The position numbers and the translations under genes are program-made. A DNA stretch of 47,853 nt from Ignavibacteria bacterium. GTDB lineage: Bacteria > Bacteroidota > Ignavibacteria > Ignavibacteriales > Melioribacteraceae. Location of the stretch: assembly GCA_027347805.1 (NCBI GenBank), contig DAIEQP010000175.1, positions 1 through 47,853 on the forward strand. The letters run 5' to 3'. Positions within the stretch are counted from its first letter, which is position 1, and each line of letters opens with the position of its first letter. Below the pieces are notes generated by a model. It was not told the DNA's origin. It saw nothing but the letters and a program-made list of their open reading frames with translations, and did not search any database. This document shows positions 29,858-40,015 of this stretch, piece after piece.

Positions 29858-30258
29858 TTGCAGAAGATGATGATGAAAACCAAAAGTTTTTAAATCTTTT
29901 TCTAAAAAAATATTTTACACTTGATATATGCGATTCATCGGATTCGTTTTACAAGTTAATTGAAAAAAACAGGTATGATATAATTCTTATGGATATTTCT
30001 ATTAAGGGAAATAAAAACGGACTTGAATTAGCAAAAGAACTTAAAAACAATAACGAAACAAAATCTATTCCCATAATCTGTTATACAGCTCATGCTTTCA
30101 ATACAGATCGTCTTAATGCACTTGATCACGGATGTGATGCTTACATAAGTAAACCGTCAGACATATATATTCTTCTTAATTCTCTTTTTTCTTTTTTGAA
30201 GAAGGAGCAGTTGGAGATACACGAATCGGGAACGACAACAGGGTTTGCCTTGGCATAA
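29821..30258 (+). CDS. Single-domain (CheY-like) response regulator
   Basis: LLIAEDD, ILMDISI (phospho-Asp), GLEL, YTAHA, ISKP; no output domain; overlaps the kinase 3' end. Confidence 0.92.
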   Translation: MVTAAEPKPKLLIAEDDDENQKFLNLFLKKYFTLDICDSSDSFYKLIEKNRYDIILMDISIKGNKNGLELAKELKNNNETKSIPIICYTAHAFNTDRLNALDHGCDAYISKPSDIYILLNSLFSFLKKEQLEIHESGTTTGFALA

Positions 30259-30290
30259 AAAAAAACCCCGCGATTGCGGGGTTTTTTCTT
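30257..30290. terminator. Bidirectional intrinsic terminator
   Basis: A-run-CCCCGC-GATT-GCGGGG-T-run between the convergent response regulator and ahcY genes. Confidence 0.9.
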
Positions 30291-30304
30291 CTATACCAAT
30301 GAAA

Positions 30305-31621
30305 TTAATATCGATAATAATCAGGTTTGTAAGGTCCTTCAACTGTAACACCGATATATTTAGCCTGTTTCTCATTTAGAACATCAAGATCAACTCCAAT
30401 CTTTGCAAGGTGCAGTCTGGCAACCTGTTCATCTAAATGTTTTGGAAGCGTATAAACCTTATTTTCATACTTGTCAGAATGATTCCATAATTCCAATTGA
30501 GCAAGAACCTGATTTGTAAAAGAATTAGACATTACAAAAGATGGATGACCAGTTGCACAGCCAAGATTTACTAAGCGGCCTTCTGCTAGAATAATAATTT
30601 CTTTTCCATCAACATTGTATTTATCAACCTGCGGTTTAATTGTGTCTTTTGTATTTCCATAATTATCATTCAACCATGCCATGTCAATTTCATTATCAAA
30701 ATGACCAATGTTGCAGACAACAGTTTTGTCGTTCATTGCACGGAATTCTTTCTCAGTAACAATATCAACATTTCCTGTTGCAGTTACTATTATATTCGCG
30801 CGGGGAACAGCATCAATCATTTTTTTAACTTCATATCCATCCATTGCGGCTTGAAGAGCGCAGATTGGATCGATTTCAGTTACAATTACTCTAACACCTG
30901 CACTTCTCAGTGATTGAGCAGAACCTTTTCCAACGTCACCATATCCGGCAACAACAGCAACTTTACCAGCCATCATTAAATCTGTTGCACGGCGAATAGC
31001 ATCAACCAACGATTCACGGCAGCCGTATTTATTATCAAATTTCGATTTTGTAACTGAATCGTTAACATTAATTGCAGGAATTGGAAGAGTACCCTTTTCA
31101 ACACGTTCATATAATCTATGAACACCTGTTGTAGTTTCTTCACTCAATCCTTTAATGTCTTTTGTAAGTTCAGGATATTTATCGAGAACCATATTTGTCA
31201 AATCTCCGCCATCATCAAGAATCATATTCAAAGGTTTTCTATCATCACCAAAGAATAATGTTTGTTCGATACACCAATCAAATTCTTCAAGTCCCATTCC
31301 CTTCCAGGCAAAAACAGGAATACCAGCGGCTGCAATTGCAGCGGCAGCATGATCTTGAGTTGAAAAAATGTTGCATGATGACCATTGAACTTCAGCACCC
31401 AATTCAACCAATGTTTCAATTAAAACAGCCGTTTGAATTGTCATATGAAGGCAGCCGGCAATACGAGCGCCTTTCAACGGTTTAGTTTTTCCATATTCCT
31501 TACGCAAAGACATTAATCCCGGCATCTCTGCTTCTGCAAGAATAATTTCTTTGCGTCCCCATTCAGCCTGAGAAATATTTTTTACTTTATATGGTAATTT
31601 TTTTTCTGCTACCTGTGTCAT
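30305..31621 (-). CDS. ahcY: Adenosylhomocysteinase
   Basis: [71 protein letters not shown]. Confidence 0.98.
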   Translation of the reverse strand: MTQVAEKKLPYKVKNISQAEWGRKEIILAEAEMPGLMSLRKEYGKTKPLKGARIAGCLHMTIQTAVLIETLVELGAEVQWSSCNIFSTQDHAAAAIAAAGIPVFAWKGMGLEEFDWCIEQTLFFGDDRKPLNMILDDGGDLTNMVLDKYPELTKDIKGLSEETTTGVHRLYERVEKGTLPIPAINVNDSVTKSKFDNKYGCRESLVDAIRRATDLMMAGKVAVVAGYGDVGKGSAQSLRSAGVRVIVTEIDPICALQAAMDGYEVKKMIDAVPRANIIVTATGNVDIVTEKEFRAMNDKTVVCNIGHFDNEIDMAWLNDNYGNTKDTIKPQVDKYNVDGKEIIILAEGRLVNLGCATGHPSFVMSNSFTNQVLAQLELWNHSDKYENKVYTLPKHLDEQVARLHLAKIGVDLDVLNEKQAKYIGVTVEGPYKPDYYRY

Positions 31622-31632
31622 TTCAATTTCCT

Positions 31633-32778
31633 TTATTGTAATAATTTTTTAAACAGTGGAACTAGATCTAATTGTTCCCATGTGAAATCTTTATCATTGC
31701 GGCCAAAGTGACCATATGCAGCTGTTTTCTGATAAATTGGTCTGCGCAGTTTCAATCTTTCAATAATACCTCGCGGTGTTAAATCAACTTCACGGTTAAT
31801 ATATTCACCAAGCAAACCATCGGGAAGAACTCCCGTTCCGTTAGTATTTACATAAACAGAAACCGGCTGAGCCACACCAATTGCATAAGCAACCTGCACC
31901 AAACATTCTTTAGCAAGTTTTGCAGCAACAACATTTTTAGCTATATGTCGCGCAGCATATGTTGCACTTCTATCAACTTTAGATGGATCTTTGCCTGAGA
32001 ATGCGCCGCCGCCATGAGGAGCCCATCCACCGTATGAATCGACAATAATTTTTCTTCCTGTTAAACCACTATCACCATGTGGACCACCAACTTCAAATCT
32101 TCCGGTTGGATTAACATAATATTTTGTTTTTTTATCAAGATATTTTGCAGGAATAACTTTCTTAATTACATGTTCAATTACATCTTCTTTTATTTTCTTC
32201 TGGCTGACATCTCCATCATGCTGAGTTGAAATAACAACTGCATCTACACGCAACGGCTTATGGTTGTTATCGTACTCAATTGTTACCTGAGATTTAGCGT
32301 CAGGACGCAAGTAAGGCATTAACTTTAAATTTTTCTTACGGATATCAGTTAATTTTTTTACAAGCTTATGAGCATACACGATAGGCATCGGCATTAATTC
32401 AGGAGTTTGATCACAAGCGTAACCGAACATAATTCCCTGATCACCCGCACCACCTTTATCTACTCCCATTGCAATATCTGGTGACTGTGAATGAATTGCA
32501 TTTAAGATTCCGCATGAATCAGAATCAAATTTGTATTCTGCTTTTGTATAACCAATCTCTTTTATTGTTTTGCGAACAATATCTTGAACGTCGACATAAG
32601 CTGTTGTAGTAACTTCGCCGGCAACAACAACCAGTCCTGTTGTAACCATCGTTTCGCACGCAACACGTGCATTTGGATCTTGCGAGAAAATGGCATCAAG
32701 GACGCCGTCAGAAATAGCATCGCAGACTTTATCCGGATGCCCTTCAGATACTGATTCGGATGTGAATAAGTATGACAT
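31633..32778 (-). CDS. metK: Methionine adenosyltransferase
   Basis: [52 protein letters not shown]. Confidence 0.98.
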   Translation of the reverse strand: MSYLFTSESVSEGHPDKVCDAISDGVLDAIFSQDPNARVACETMVTTGLVVVAGEVTTTAYVDVQDIVRKTIKEIGYTKAEYKFDSDSCGILNAIHSQSPDIAMGVDKGGAGDQGIMFGYACDQTPELMPMPIVYAHKLVKKLTDIRKKNLKLMPYLRPDAKSQVTIEYDNNHKPLRVDAVVISTQHDGDVSQKKIKEDVIEHVIKKVIPAKYLDKKTKYYVNPTGRFEVGGPHGDSGLTGRKIIVDSYGGWAPHGGGAFSGKDPSKVDRSATYAARHIAKNVVAAKLAKECLVQVAYAIGVAQPVSVYVNTNGTGVLPDGLLGEYINREVDLTPRGIIERLKLRRPIYQKTAAYGHFGRNDKDFTWEQLDLVPLFKKLLQ

Positions 32779-32795
32779 TTATACCTCTATTAGTT

Positions 32796-33773
32796 TTAAT
32801 AAAATTCTATTTCAGATGAATCGCCGGCATTTAATTTTTTATAATTTCCTTTTACGACAGCATTTATACCGATAATCGAATTATCCAGCATCGATCTTTC
32901 AACTTTAGCACTCGGACATAAAATTGAATTTTTTATTATTGATTCATTTACTTCGCAATTTTCTGATATAGTTGCAAAAGGACCAATCACAGAGTTGTTT
33001 ACAATCGCGTTCTCCGCAATAAAAACCGGGTCTATAATTATTGAGCCGGAGACATTTCTGTTTGTTCCCTTGCTCTTTAGAATAAACTGATTTGTTGACA
33101 AAAGAGTTTCAGTTTTTCCGCAATCATACCAGCCATCTACCTGGAATGTTGAAAAGACTTCCCCCTTCTCAATCATCAGTTGTAAAGCATCGGTAAGCTG
33201 ATATTCGCCTTGTGTCTTTATATCACGATCAAATAATTCATTCAAAGATTCAACAAGCAGCGCTGAATTGCGAATGTAGTACAAACCTGTTAAAGCCAGA
33301 TTAGAAATTAATGTTTGAGGTTTTTCAACCAGCTTTAAAATTTTATTGTTTTCACAAACAGCTACTCCAAATCTCGAAGGATCTGGAACCGTCTTAACGC
33401 CTAGCGAACTTTGTTTTTTGTCAAACACTTCACTAAGGTTAACATCAAAGATTGTGTCGCCAAGAATTATAAAAATTTCTTCATCATCTATAGTATGAGC
33501 CGCAACATGAATTGCATGCCCAAGACCAAGTGCAATTTCTTGAGTAACAAAAACTGCGTTTAAGTTTGGATAAAAATCTTTTACATACTCAACAATCTTT
33601 TCTCCCAAATAACCGACAACAAATGTAGCTTTAGTAATATTTTCTGCTAGCAATTTGTCGATTATATGGCCCAGGATTGGTTTACCGCCAACATTAAGTA
33701 ATACTTTAGGAAGAGAAAATGTGTGGGGTTTTAATCTTGTTCCAAATCCAGCTGCCGGAATTATGGCCCTCAA
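32796..33773 (-). CDS. Sugar-phosphate nucleotidyltransferase (glucose-1-phosphate thymidylyltransferase-like)
   Basis: AAGFGTRLKPHTFSLPK, LGDTIF, LVEKP, GEYQLTDAL, WYDCG; C-terminal hexapeptide repeats. Confidence 0.9.
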   Translation of the reverse strand: MRAIIPAAGFGTRLKPHTFSLPKVLLNVGGKPILGHIIDKLLAENITKATFVVGYLGEKIVEYVKDFYPNLNAVFVTQEIALGLGHAIHVAAHTIDDEEIFIILGDTIFDVNLSEVFDKKQSSLGVKTVPDPSRFGVAVCENNKILKLVEKPQTLISNLALTGLYYIRNSALLVESLNELFDRDIKTQGEYQLTDALQLMIEKGEVFSTFQVDGWYDCGKTETLLSTNQFILKSKGTNRNVSGSIIIDPVFIAENAIVNNSVIGPFATISENCEVNESIIKNSILCPSAKVERSMLDNSIIGINAVVKGNYKKLNAGDSSEIEFY

Positions 33774-33939
33774 ATATCCTTGTCCCTTATTTAATCGACG
33801 CTAAATTAAATAATAGGTCTATCGGATACAAACTATATCATTCTTGATTTTAACTTATGAGTCTCGCCGATTATATTTTTTTATTTCACTTTTTCAGTAA
33901 GGTTTACGATTTTGTAATCATCTAAATATAGAATGATTG

Positions 33940-34890
33940 ATGAATATTAATAATCGTATAACTCAACTCTTTAAAATCCGGTATCCAATAGTTCAAGCCG
34001 GCATGGTTTGGGTAAGCGGATGGAAATTAGCTTCAGCCGTTTCAAATAATGGAGGACTGGGATTAATCGGGGCCGGGTCAATGAAGGCTGAACTTCTTCA
34101 TGAACATATTATTAAATGCAAAGAAGCAACCCAAAATCCGTTTGGTGTAAATCTACCTTTACTAAGAAAAGATATAGATAATTTAATAGATATAATTGTT
34201 CAGGAAAATATTAAAATCATATTCACTTCAGCCGGTCATCCCGGAAAATATATTTCGAGACTTAAAGAAAATGGAATTATAGTTGTTCATGTAGTGCCGA
34301 ATATAAAATATGGATTAAAAGCCCAAAGCGTCGGCTGCGATGCTGTTGTGGGCGAAGGCGTTGAAGCAGGCGGTCACAATGGAGTAGACGAACTTACTAC
34401 ATTGACATTAATTCCCGCCCTGGTTGATGCACTTGACATACCCGTAATAGCCGCTGGTGGAATTGCTGATGGAAGAGGAATAGCTGCAGCACTTGCACTT
34501 GGTGCAGAAGGAGTGCAAATTGGAACCGTGTTTGCAGCAACAGTTGAATCTTCGGCACATGAAAACTATAAGAAAAAAATTGTTGAGTGTTCCGGTATAG
34601 ATACGACACTGATCTTCAAAAAGATTGGTCTTGTACGATTAATTAAAAACGAATTTGCAAACCAAGTTAAGGCAGCAGAAACCGCCGGTGCAACAGAACA
34701 AGAATTAGCGGATCTGCTTGGGAATAAACGTGAACAGCTTGGAATTTTTGCAGGAGATTTTCAGAACGGCATGATGGAAGCCGGACAAGCAATTGGCTTG
34801 GTGGATAAAATTATTTCTGTTGAAGCTGTATTCCAAAAATTGATTTTGGAATTTGATAAATGTATTTCAAAAATTTCAGTAACAATATAG
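33940..34890 (+). CDS. Nitronate monooxygenase / FabK-like FMN oxidoreductase
   Basis: YPIVQAGM, GGLGLIG, EGVEAGGHNG, PVIAAGGIADGRG, LGAEGVQIGT. Confidence 0.88.
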   Translation: MNINNRITQLFKIRYPIVQAGMVWVSGWKLASAVSNNGGLGLIGAGSMKAELLHEHIIKCKEATQNPFGVNLPLLRKDIDNLIDIIVQENIKIIFTSAGHPGKYISRLKENGIIVVHVVPNIKYGLKAQSVGCDAVVGEGVEAGGHNGVDELTTLTLIPALVDALDIPVIAAGGIADGRGIAAALALGAEGVQIGTVFAATVESSAHENYKKKIVECSGIDTTLIFKKIGLVRLIKNEFANQVKAAETAGATEQELADLLGNKREQLGIFAGDFQNGMMEAGQAIGLVDKIISVEAVFQKLILEFDKCISKISVTI

Positions 34891-34907
34891 AAAGCATTTG
34901 GTGAAAC

Positions 34908-35588
34908 ATGAACATTACATTCAAATTTGTTTTTCAGAATGGAGTTGAAAAAATCTTCCCGATAACCATTGATGATGAATCAATGCAATTTATTGCGCCG
35001 GAATTGAATCCTCCGCAATGGACAAAAAAAGATTTAATTGCCTGCCCGGCAGAAAACTCTTCATGCAGCGAATATTGCCCGATTGCGTGGAATCTTGATG
35101 CAGCAATAAAATTTTTTGATGGATTCCCCTCTTACGAACAAGTTACCATTCATGTTGAAACAGAACAAAGGCATTATAAAAAACAAACATCACTTCAGGA
35201 TGGGATCGGAAGTTTGATTGGAATATTAATGACTACAAGCGGCTGCCATGTGCTTGATAAACTTCGCCCGATGGTGCGTTTTCATCTTCCCTTTGCTTCT
35301 CTTGAAGAAACGGAATACCGTGCATTTTCTATGTTTCTTTTCGCGCAGTTCTTAAGAAAAAGAAAAGGTCTTGAACCGGATTGGGAAATGAAAACCCTAA
35401 AAGATTTGTACTCGGATATAATGAAAATCAACAGGAATATCGCAAAGAAAATCAGCGATATGGAAAAACTTGATGCAAGTATAAATGCTGTTGTAATACT
35501 AAACAACTTTGCGAATCTTGTTTCGTTCGATCTTGAGGATGAAGAATTTTCAAGATTTGAAAAACTTTTTGAAGCATGGTTGAAATGA
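34908..35588 (+). CDS. Conserved hypothetical protein (DUF6901-like)
   Basis: Cys cluster (C..C..YCPIA) and TSGC...LRPMVRFHLPFASLEETEYR motif; family recalled from memory, not verified. Confidence 0.6.
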   Translation: MNITFKFVFQNGVEKIFPITIDDESMQFIAPELNPPQWTKKDLIACPAENSSCSEYCPIAWNLDAAIKFFDGFPSYEQVTIHVETEQRHYKKQTSLQDGIGSLIGILMTTSGCHVLDKLRPMVRFHLPFASLEETEYRAFSMFLFAQFLRKRKGLEPDWEMKTLKDLYSDIMKINRNIAKKISDMEKLDASINAVVILNNFANLVSFDLEDEEFSRFEKLFEAWLK

Positions 35589-36796
35589 GAAATTTCTTAA
35601 ATAAAATTTTCTTGTTTTTACTTTTGATTTTTTCGACAAGCTTCAGCCAGTTTAAGATTTCAAAAGATGTATTGAAGGACAAAATTAAAGGGGGATGGGC
35701 CGGACAAACAATCGGTGTTACCTTTGGCGCACCAACCGAATTTCATTTTATGGGAACAATGATTAACGATTACCAGAAAATTCCGTGGAGTGATACGGTT
35801 TGTGCGTGGTGGTATAAAAATGAACCCGGGTTATATGACGATCTTTATATGGATTTAACATTTGTCGATATTTTTGATAAACTTGGACTCGACGCCCCGG
35901 TCGATTCTTTCGCTGCCGCTTTTGCTAATGCAGAATATCCTCTTTGGCACGCAAACCAGGCCGCTCGATACAATATTCTCAATGGAATAAATGCACCCAA
36001 TAGCGGTAACTGGAAATACAATCCTCATGCTGATTGTATTGATTTTCAAATCGAATCTGATTTTGCCGGGTTGATGTCTCCCGCAATGCAAAATGCCGCG
36101 AGTTTTATCTGCGATAAAATCGGGCACATTATGAATTATGGAGATGGCTGGTACGGCGGTGTTTTCGTTTCAAACATGTATTCACTCTCATTTACTTCAA
36201 AAAATATTTATCACATTGTAAATCAATCGTTAAAAGTAATTCCATCTGAAAGTGATTTTTATAAATGCATCAAAGATGTTATAAGATGGTATAAAAAGTT
36301 TCCAAATGATTGGAAGTCAACCTGGTTTGAAGTTCAGAAAAAGTGGACAGATGATACCGGCTGCCCGGAAGGAGTTTTCAAAGCTCTCAATATTGATGCA
36401 AAAGTAAACGCCGCATATATTGTAATCAGTTTATTATACGGCAAAGGTGATTTCGAAAAAACAATGGAAATTGCTACACGATGCGGGCAGGATTCCGATT
36501 GTAACCCATCTAATGCAGCCGGCATTCTAGGCGTAATTTATGGATATAAAAATATTCCAGATAAATGGAAGCAAGCGTTACTTCCTGTAGAAGATTTGAA
36601 TTTTAAATTCACAAATATTTCCCTAAATAAAGTCTACGAAATTGGCTATAACCATGCTTTAAAAAACATTGTTAAAAATGGCGGGGCGGTTGGTAACGAT
36701 GTTTTAACAATCAAAACAGAACCTGCAAAAGTAGTGCGCTTTGAAAAGAGTATGCCTGATTTAATTCCGCTTGAAAGAAAAAAAAATCTTGCTTGA
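35585..36796 (+). CDS. Secreted ADP-ribosylglycohydrolase-family protein, N-terminal part (frameshifted)
   Basis: ATGA overlap at 35585; signal peptide; DKIKGGWAGQTIG, DDLYMD, IDFQIESD, CGQDSDCNPS. Confidence 0.85.
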   Translation: MRNFLNKIFLFLLLIFSTSFSQFKISKDVLKDKIKGGWAGQTIGVTFGAPTEFHFMGTMINDYQKIPWSDTVCAWWYKNEPGLYDDLYMDLTFVDIFDKLGLDAPVDSFAAAFANAEYPLWHANQAARYNILNGINAPNSGNWKYNPHADCIDFQIESDFAGLMSPAMQNAASFICDKIGHIMNYGDGWYGGVFVSNMYSLSFTSKNIYHIVNQSLKVIPSESDFYKCIKDVIRWYKKFPNDWKSTWFEVQKKWTDDTGCPEGVFKALNIDAKVNAAYIVISLLYGKGDFEKTMEIATRCGQDSDCNPSNAAGILGVIYGYKNIPDKWKQALLPVEDLNFKFTNISLNKVYEIGYNHALKNIVKNGGAVGNDVLTIKTEPAKVVRFEKSMPDLIPLERKKNLA

Positions 36797-37103
36797 TACA
36801 CTTAGCGTACCTTCCTGCGACTTTAGATTTGATGGGAGCGGTTATGTTCTGAACGGTGAATTGGAAACAACAATAAAATCTCGAAGCGATTATGTGGCGG
36901 AACTTGAAATTACCACAGATAGTCTGAATGCGGTCAAAGTTCAGCTTCCTAAAAATTATCTTAAGCGTAAGACTGAAATTTGCTGGAATTATGAACTGCA
37001 AAATTCAGCTCATCATGTACAAATAAAATGGATTAATAAACTTCCCGGCGAATCATTAAAATTATCCGACGTAATTATTTATTCCAAAAAAAGTCCCAAA
37101 TAA
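36771..37103 (+). pseudogene. Probable C-terminal domain of the ADP-ribosylglycohydrolase gene, split off by a +1 frameshift in an A9 run
   Basis: No convincing start of its own; deleting one A from 36778-36786 fuses it in frame (…LERKKILLDTLSV…). Confidence 0.7.
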
Positions 37104-37124
37104 AATTTTTCCCGGTTTATTAAC

Positions 37125-38234
37125 TCAATACCAAAAATGAAATTGCAGCACAAAAGAATTACCGGTTGAATCACCGGCAGATGCAATTCTATATTGCGGT
37201 CTTAACTCAATAAAACTGTATGGAAAAAATTCAAATCCTAATACAACGTGAGAAAATTTTGTGTCACCGGATTTTAAGCCTGTATCAAGCATATCGTATC
37301 TTGCCACAGCATCCAAGCCAACCATCACCTGATAACTTGCTTCTAACATTAATGCAGTTGTTTTAATTCCTTTGTCTAAATAATCGTTTGCGATATCATA
37401 TTCTCCCATCAGCGAAAATCGTTTGAATCCAATTCCTGCAAAGCCGCCGATTAAATTACTATTCAATACAGAAGTAAATATATCGGTTTTGAAATTTGCT
37501 GCTGATGCGCCGAACAATAACTGTATTTTCTCTACAACAGGAGAAAACTCGATTCGCGCAGTATATGTAGGATCGAATGTAAATGTTGCGTGGCTTTTAG
37601 GTTTTCCAACACTTGCGGTGAGGAAAATGTTATCGCTCAAGTTTGCCCCGATTTCCACACCCGTTTCCATGTAAAGAGGATTATAAATCATTCCCTGTGC
37701 AATTCCTTTTGAGAACAGCAATCCGTAATCTCCGCCGCGTGTGTACGCTGTATGATCATCGAGTCGAATACCGAAATATGGAACAAATGAACCAACTTTA
37801 ATATAACTTTCATTAGGTAGAATTTTTGCTATACCATAACACTGCCATATTCTATTTATAAAATCATAGCTTGCAACTACATCAATATTCTGAGCAAGAG
37901 CCGCTGACAAATACATTGAACCGGTCATATCCTGGAAATCTGCACGTTTGCTTTCCCCGCTGTATAAATACTGTGAGCGGTAATCAAATCCATATGTAAT
38001 GCTCGGTGAAATTTTGGGAGATAATTTAAAATCTTCATCTCTTGGAGAAATCATGCTTACTACATTTTTGCCAAAGAAAAATCCGTTTTCATTTCTAATT
38101 ACCCCGCCAGTTGGATTTACATGGCAGCCGCTGCATTTATCCTTTTGTTGAAGAGCAAATCTTGGAAGTGCACGCGATTGTCCGGCTGTTAAAATCAAAG
38201 ACACCAGAATTATTAAGCTAATGTTTTTTTTCAT
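37125..38234 (-). CDS. Outer-membrane beta-barrel with N-terminal monoheme c motif (Cyc2-like cytochrome-porin)
   Basis: RBS AGGAG; signal peptide; ALPRFA...CSGCH; amphipathic beta-strands; aromatic C-terminus FVLQFHFWY. Confidence 0.75.
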   Translation of the reverse strand: MKKNISLIILVSLILTAGQSRALPRFALQQKDKCSGCHVNPTGGVIRNENGFFFGKNVVSMISPRDEDFKLSPKISPSITYGFDYRSQYLYSGESKRADFQDMTGSMYLSAALAQNIDVVASYDFINRIWQCYGIAKILPNESYIKVGSFVPYFGIRLDDHTAYTRGGDYGLLFSKGIAQGMIYNPLYMETGVEIGANLSDNIFLTASVGKPKSHATFTFDPTYTARIEFSPVVEKIQLLFGASAANFKTDIFTSVLNSNLIGGFAGIGFKRFSLMGEYDIANDYLDKGIKTTALMLEASYQVMVGLDAVARYDMLDTGLKSGDTKFSHVVLGFEFFPYSFIELRPQYRIASAGDSTGNSFVLQFHFWY

Positions 38235-38367
38235 GCCTTCTCCTTTATTAAAATATTTTTGAACTTACATTTGATGTAATCGGTTTTATTTCCATCGGGT
38301 GATTCTTTTTTATTTGTTGGCTATGTCACCTTATTATTCATAATTTAGAAACGAAGAAAGGACAAAA

Positions 38368-38856
38368 ATGTACTACTTAACTTTAACAACATTGCACATA
38401 ATTTTTGCCGGCATTTGGCTTGTCAACTTTATTGTCGAGCCCGTTTTACGTAAGCAAATCATAATAAACAATAACAAATCTGGCGAGAGAAAGTTCATTA
38501 ATCTTTACTTATTATTTCTTAATCTTTTCGGAATGGTTGGATCTATCGGCATTTTAATTACTGGAATAGTACTTGTTATCAATTCTGGTTTTTATGGTTT
38601 TTTCCAGTTTACAGCTAACCACTGGTTAACAACAAAACAGGTGATACTAATTGTCATATTTATACTTATTGGTGCAGGAATAATACCAACTGCGAAAAAA
38701 ATAAGATCGGCTGTTGGTAGCGATTTAGACAGTACGCAGCCAATCAGTGAAGATGGATATAAATCCCTTGAAAAAATTTATTTGTTAGGAAGAATAATCA
38801 ACATACTTGTCCTTGTAAATTTTATTCTCGCAATAACTCATAGGTACATTCTTTAA
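38368..38856 (+). CDS. 4-TM membrane protein (CopD/DUF2269-like)
   Basis: Four hydrophobic segments; LHIIFAGIW in TM1; HWLTTK before TM3. Confidence 0.6.
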   Translation: MYYLTLTTLHIIFAGIWLVNFIVEPVLRKQIIINNNKSGERKFINLYLLFLNLFGMVGSIGILITGIVLVINSGFYGFFQFTANHWLTTKQVILIVIFILIGAGIIPTAKKIRSAVGSDLDSTQPISEDGYKSLEKIYLLGRIINILVLVNFILAITHRYIL

Positions 38857-38858
38857 CA

Positions 38859-40004
38859 ATGAAGAAACTTCTGATTCTTGGTTCTACTGGTTCTATTGGA
38901 AAAAGCACAATCGAAATAGTTCGATCTTTCCCCGATCAATTTGAAATTGTCGGACTTTCAGTAAATAATAACATTGATGAACTTGAGTGTCAGATTAAGG
39001 AATTTCATCCGAAAACTGTTGTTGTTAGGGACAGGCAAAAGGCGAAAGAATTATCGGGTCGAATTGGATCTTCATGCAAAATATTATCCGGTGAAGAAGG
39101 TCTTCTTGAAATGTCCCGCGAGGATAACTATGATATTTTCGTAGCCGCTATAGTTGGCTTTGTCGGCCTTGCCCCCACAATTGAAGCAATCAAACTTAAA
39201 AAGAGAATAGCCCTAGCAAATAAAGAAACATTGGTAGTTGCCGGTGAAATAATTATTTCGCTTTGTGAAAAATATGGAGCGGAATTGATTCCAGTAGATT
39301 CAGAGCACAGTGCAATTTTTCAATGTTTAATTGGCGAACAAAAAAAGAATGTAAACAAAATTATTTTAACTGCTTCAGGCGGTCCCTTTCTTAACAAAAG
39401 TTTTTCCGAGCTGGATACTGTTACTATCGAAGAAGCATTGAATCATCCCAACTGGAAAATGGGCAGCAAAATTACAATTGATTCCGCCACAATGATGAAT
39501 AAAGGCCTGGAAGTGATTGAGGCATTTTGGCTTTTTCATTTGCCAAAAGAAAAAATTGATGTTGCAATCCATCCTCAATCAATAATACATTCAATGGTTG
39601 AGTTTTGTGATGGTTCAATAAAGGCACAATTAAGCACCCCGGATATGAAACTTCCGATACTTTTTGCACTTACATATCCGGATAGATTTGTCTATAATAG
39701 TGTTGAGACTAATTTAAAAAAAGTGGGTAATCTTTCTTTTTTTGAACCTGATTTTGATAAATTTGTATGTCTTAAAATGGCATACGAGGCAATTAATACC
39801 GGAGGTTCTGCCCCCTGTATTCTGAATGCCGCAAATGAAATTGCAGTCGAAAAATTTTTAAAAGGAAAAATTAAATTCACGCAGATACCTGTTCTGATAC
39901 AGGTAGCGTTAAATAAAATTAGTAACCATACAATTGTTAATCTTGATTCTGTTGTTGAGGCAGATTTTAAGACCCGTGAGTTGCTAAAGAAAATGTTTAA
40001 TTAA
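38859..40004 (+). CDS. dxr: 1-deoxy-D-xylulose-5-phosphate reductoisomerase
   Basis: LGSTGSIG, LANKETLV, PVDSEHSA, TASGGPF, HPNWKMGSKITIDSATMMNKGLEVIEA. Confidence 0.98.
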   Translation: MKKLLILGSTGSIGKSTIEIVRSFPDQFEIVGLSVNNNIDELECQIKEFHPKTVVVRDRQKAKELSGRIGSSCKILSGEEGLLEMSREDNYDIFVAAIVGFVGLAPTIEAIKLKKRIALANKETLVVAGEIIISLCEKYGAELIPVDSEHSAIFQCLIGEQKKNVNKIILTASGGPFLNKSFSELDTVTIEEALNHPNWKMGSKITIDSATMMNKGLEVIEAFWLFHLPKEKIDVAIHPQSIIHSMVEFCDGSIKAQLSTPDMKLPILFALTYPDRFVYNSVETNLKKVGNLSFFEPDFDKFVCLKMAYEAINTGGSAPCILNAANEIAVEKFLKGKIKFTQIPVLIQVALNKISNHTIVNLDSVVEADFKTRELLKKMFN

Positions 40005-40015
40005 ATTCGGTTAAT

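Noticed and set aside
33774-33936. Possible SAM/SAH riboswitch upstream of the nucleotidyltransferase-metK-ahcY operon
   Set aside because: Only a short ATCAAGA match on the minus strand. No supporting stems or other conserved SAM-I/SAH elements in this AT-rich divergent region.
36794-36796. TGA as selenocysteine or read-through codon
   Set aside because: The continuation is in a different frame, so a frameshift explains it better.
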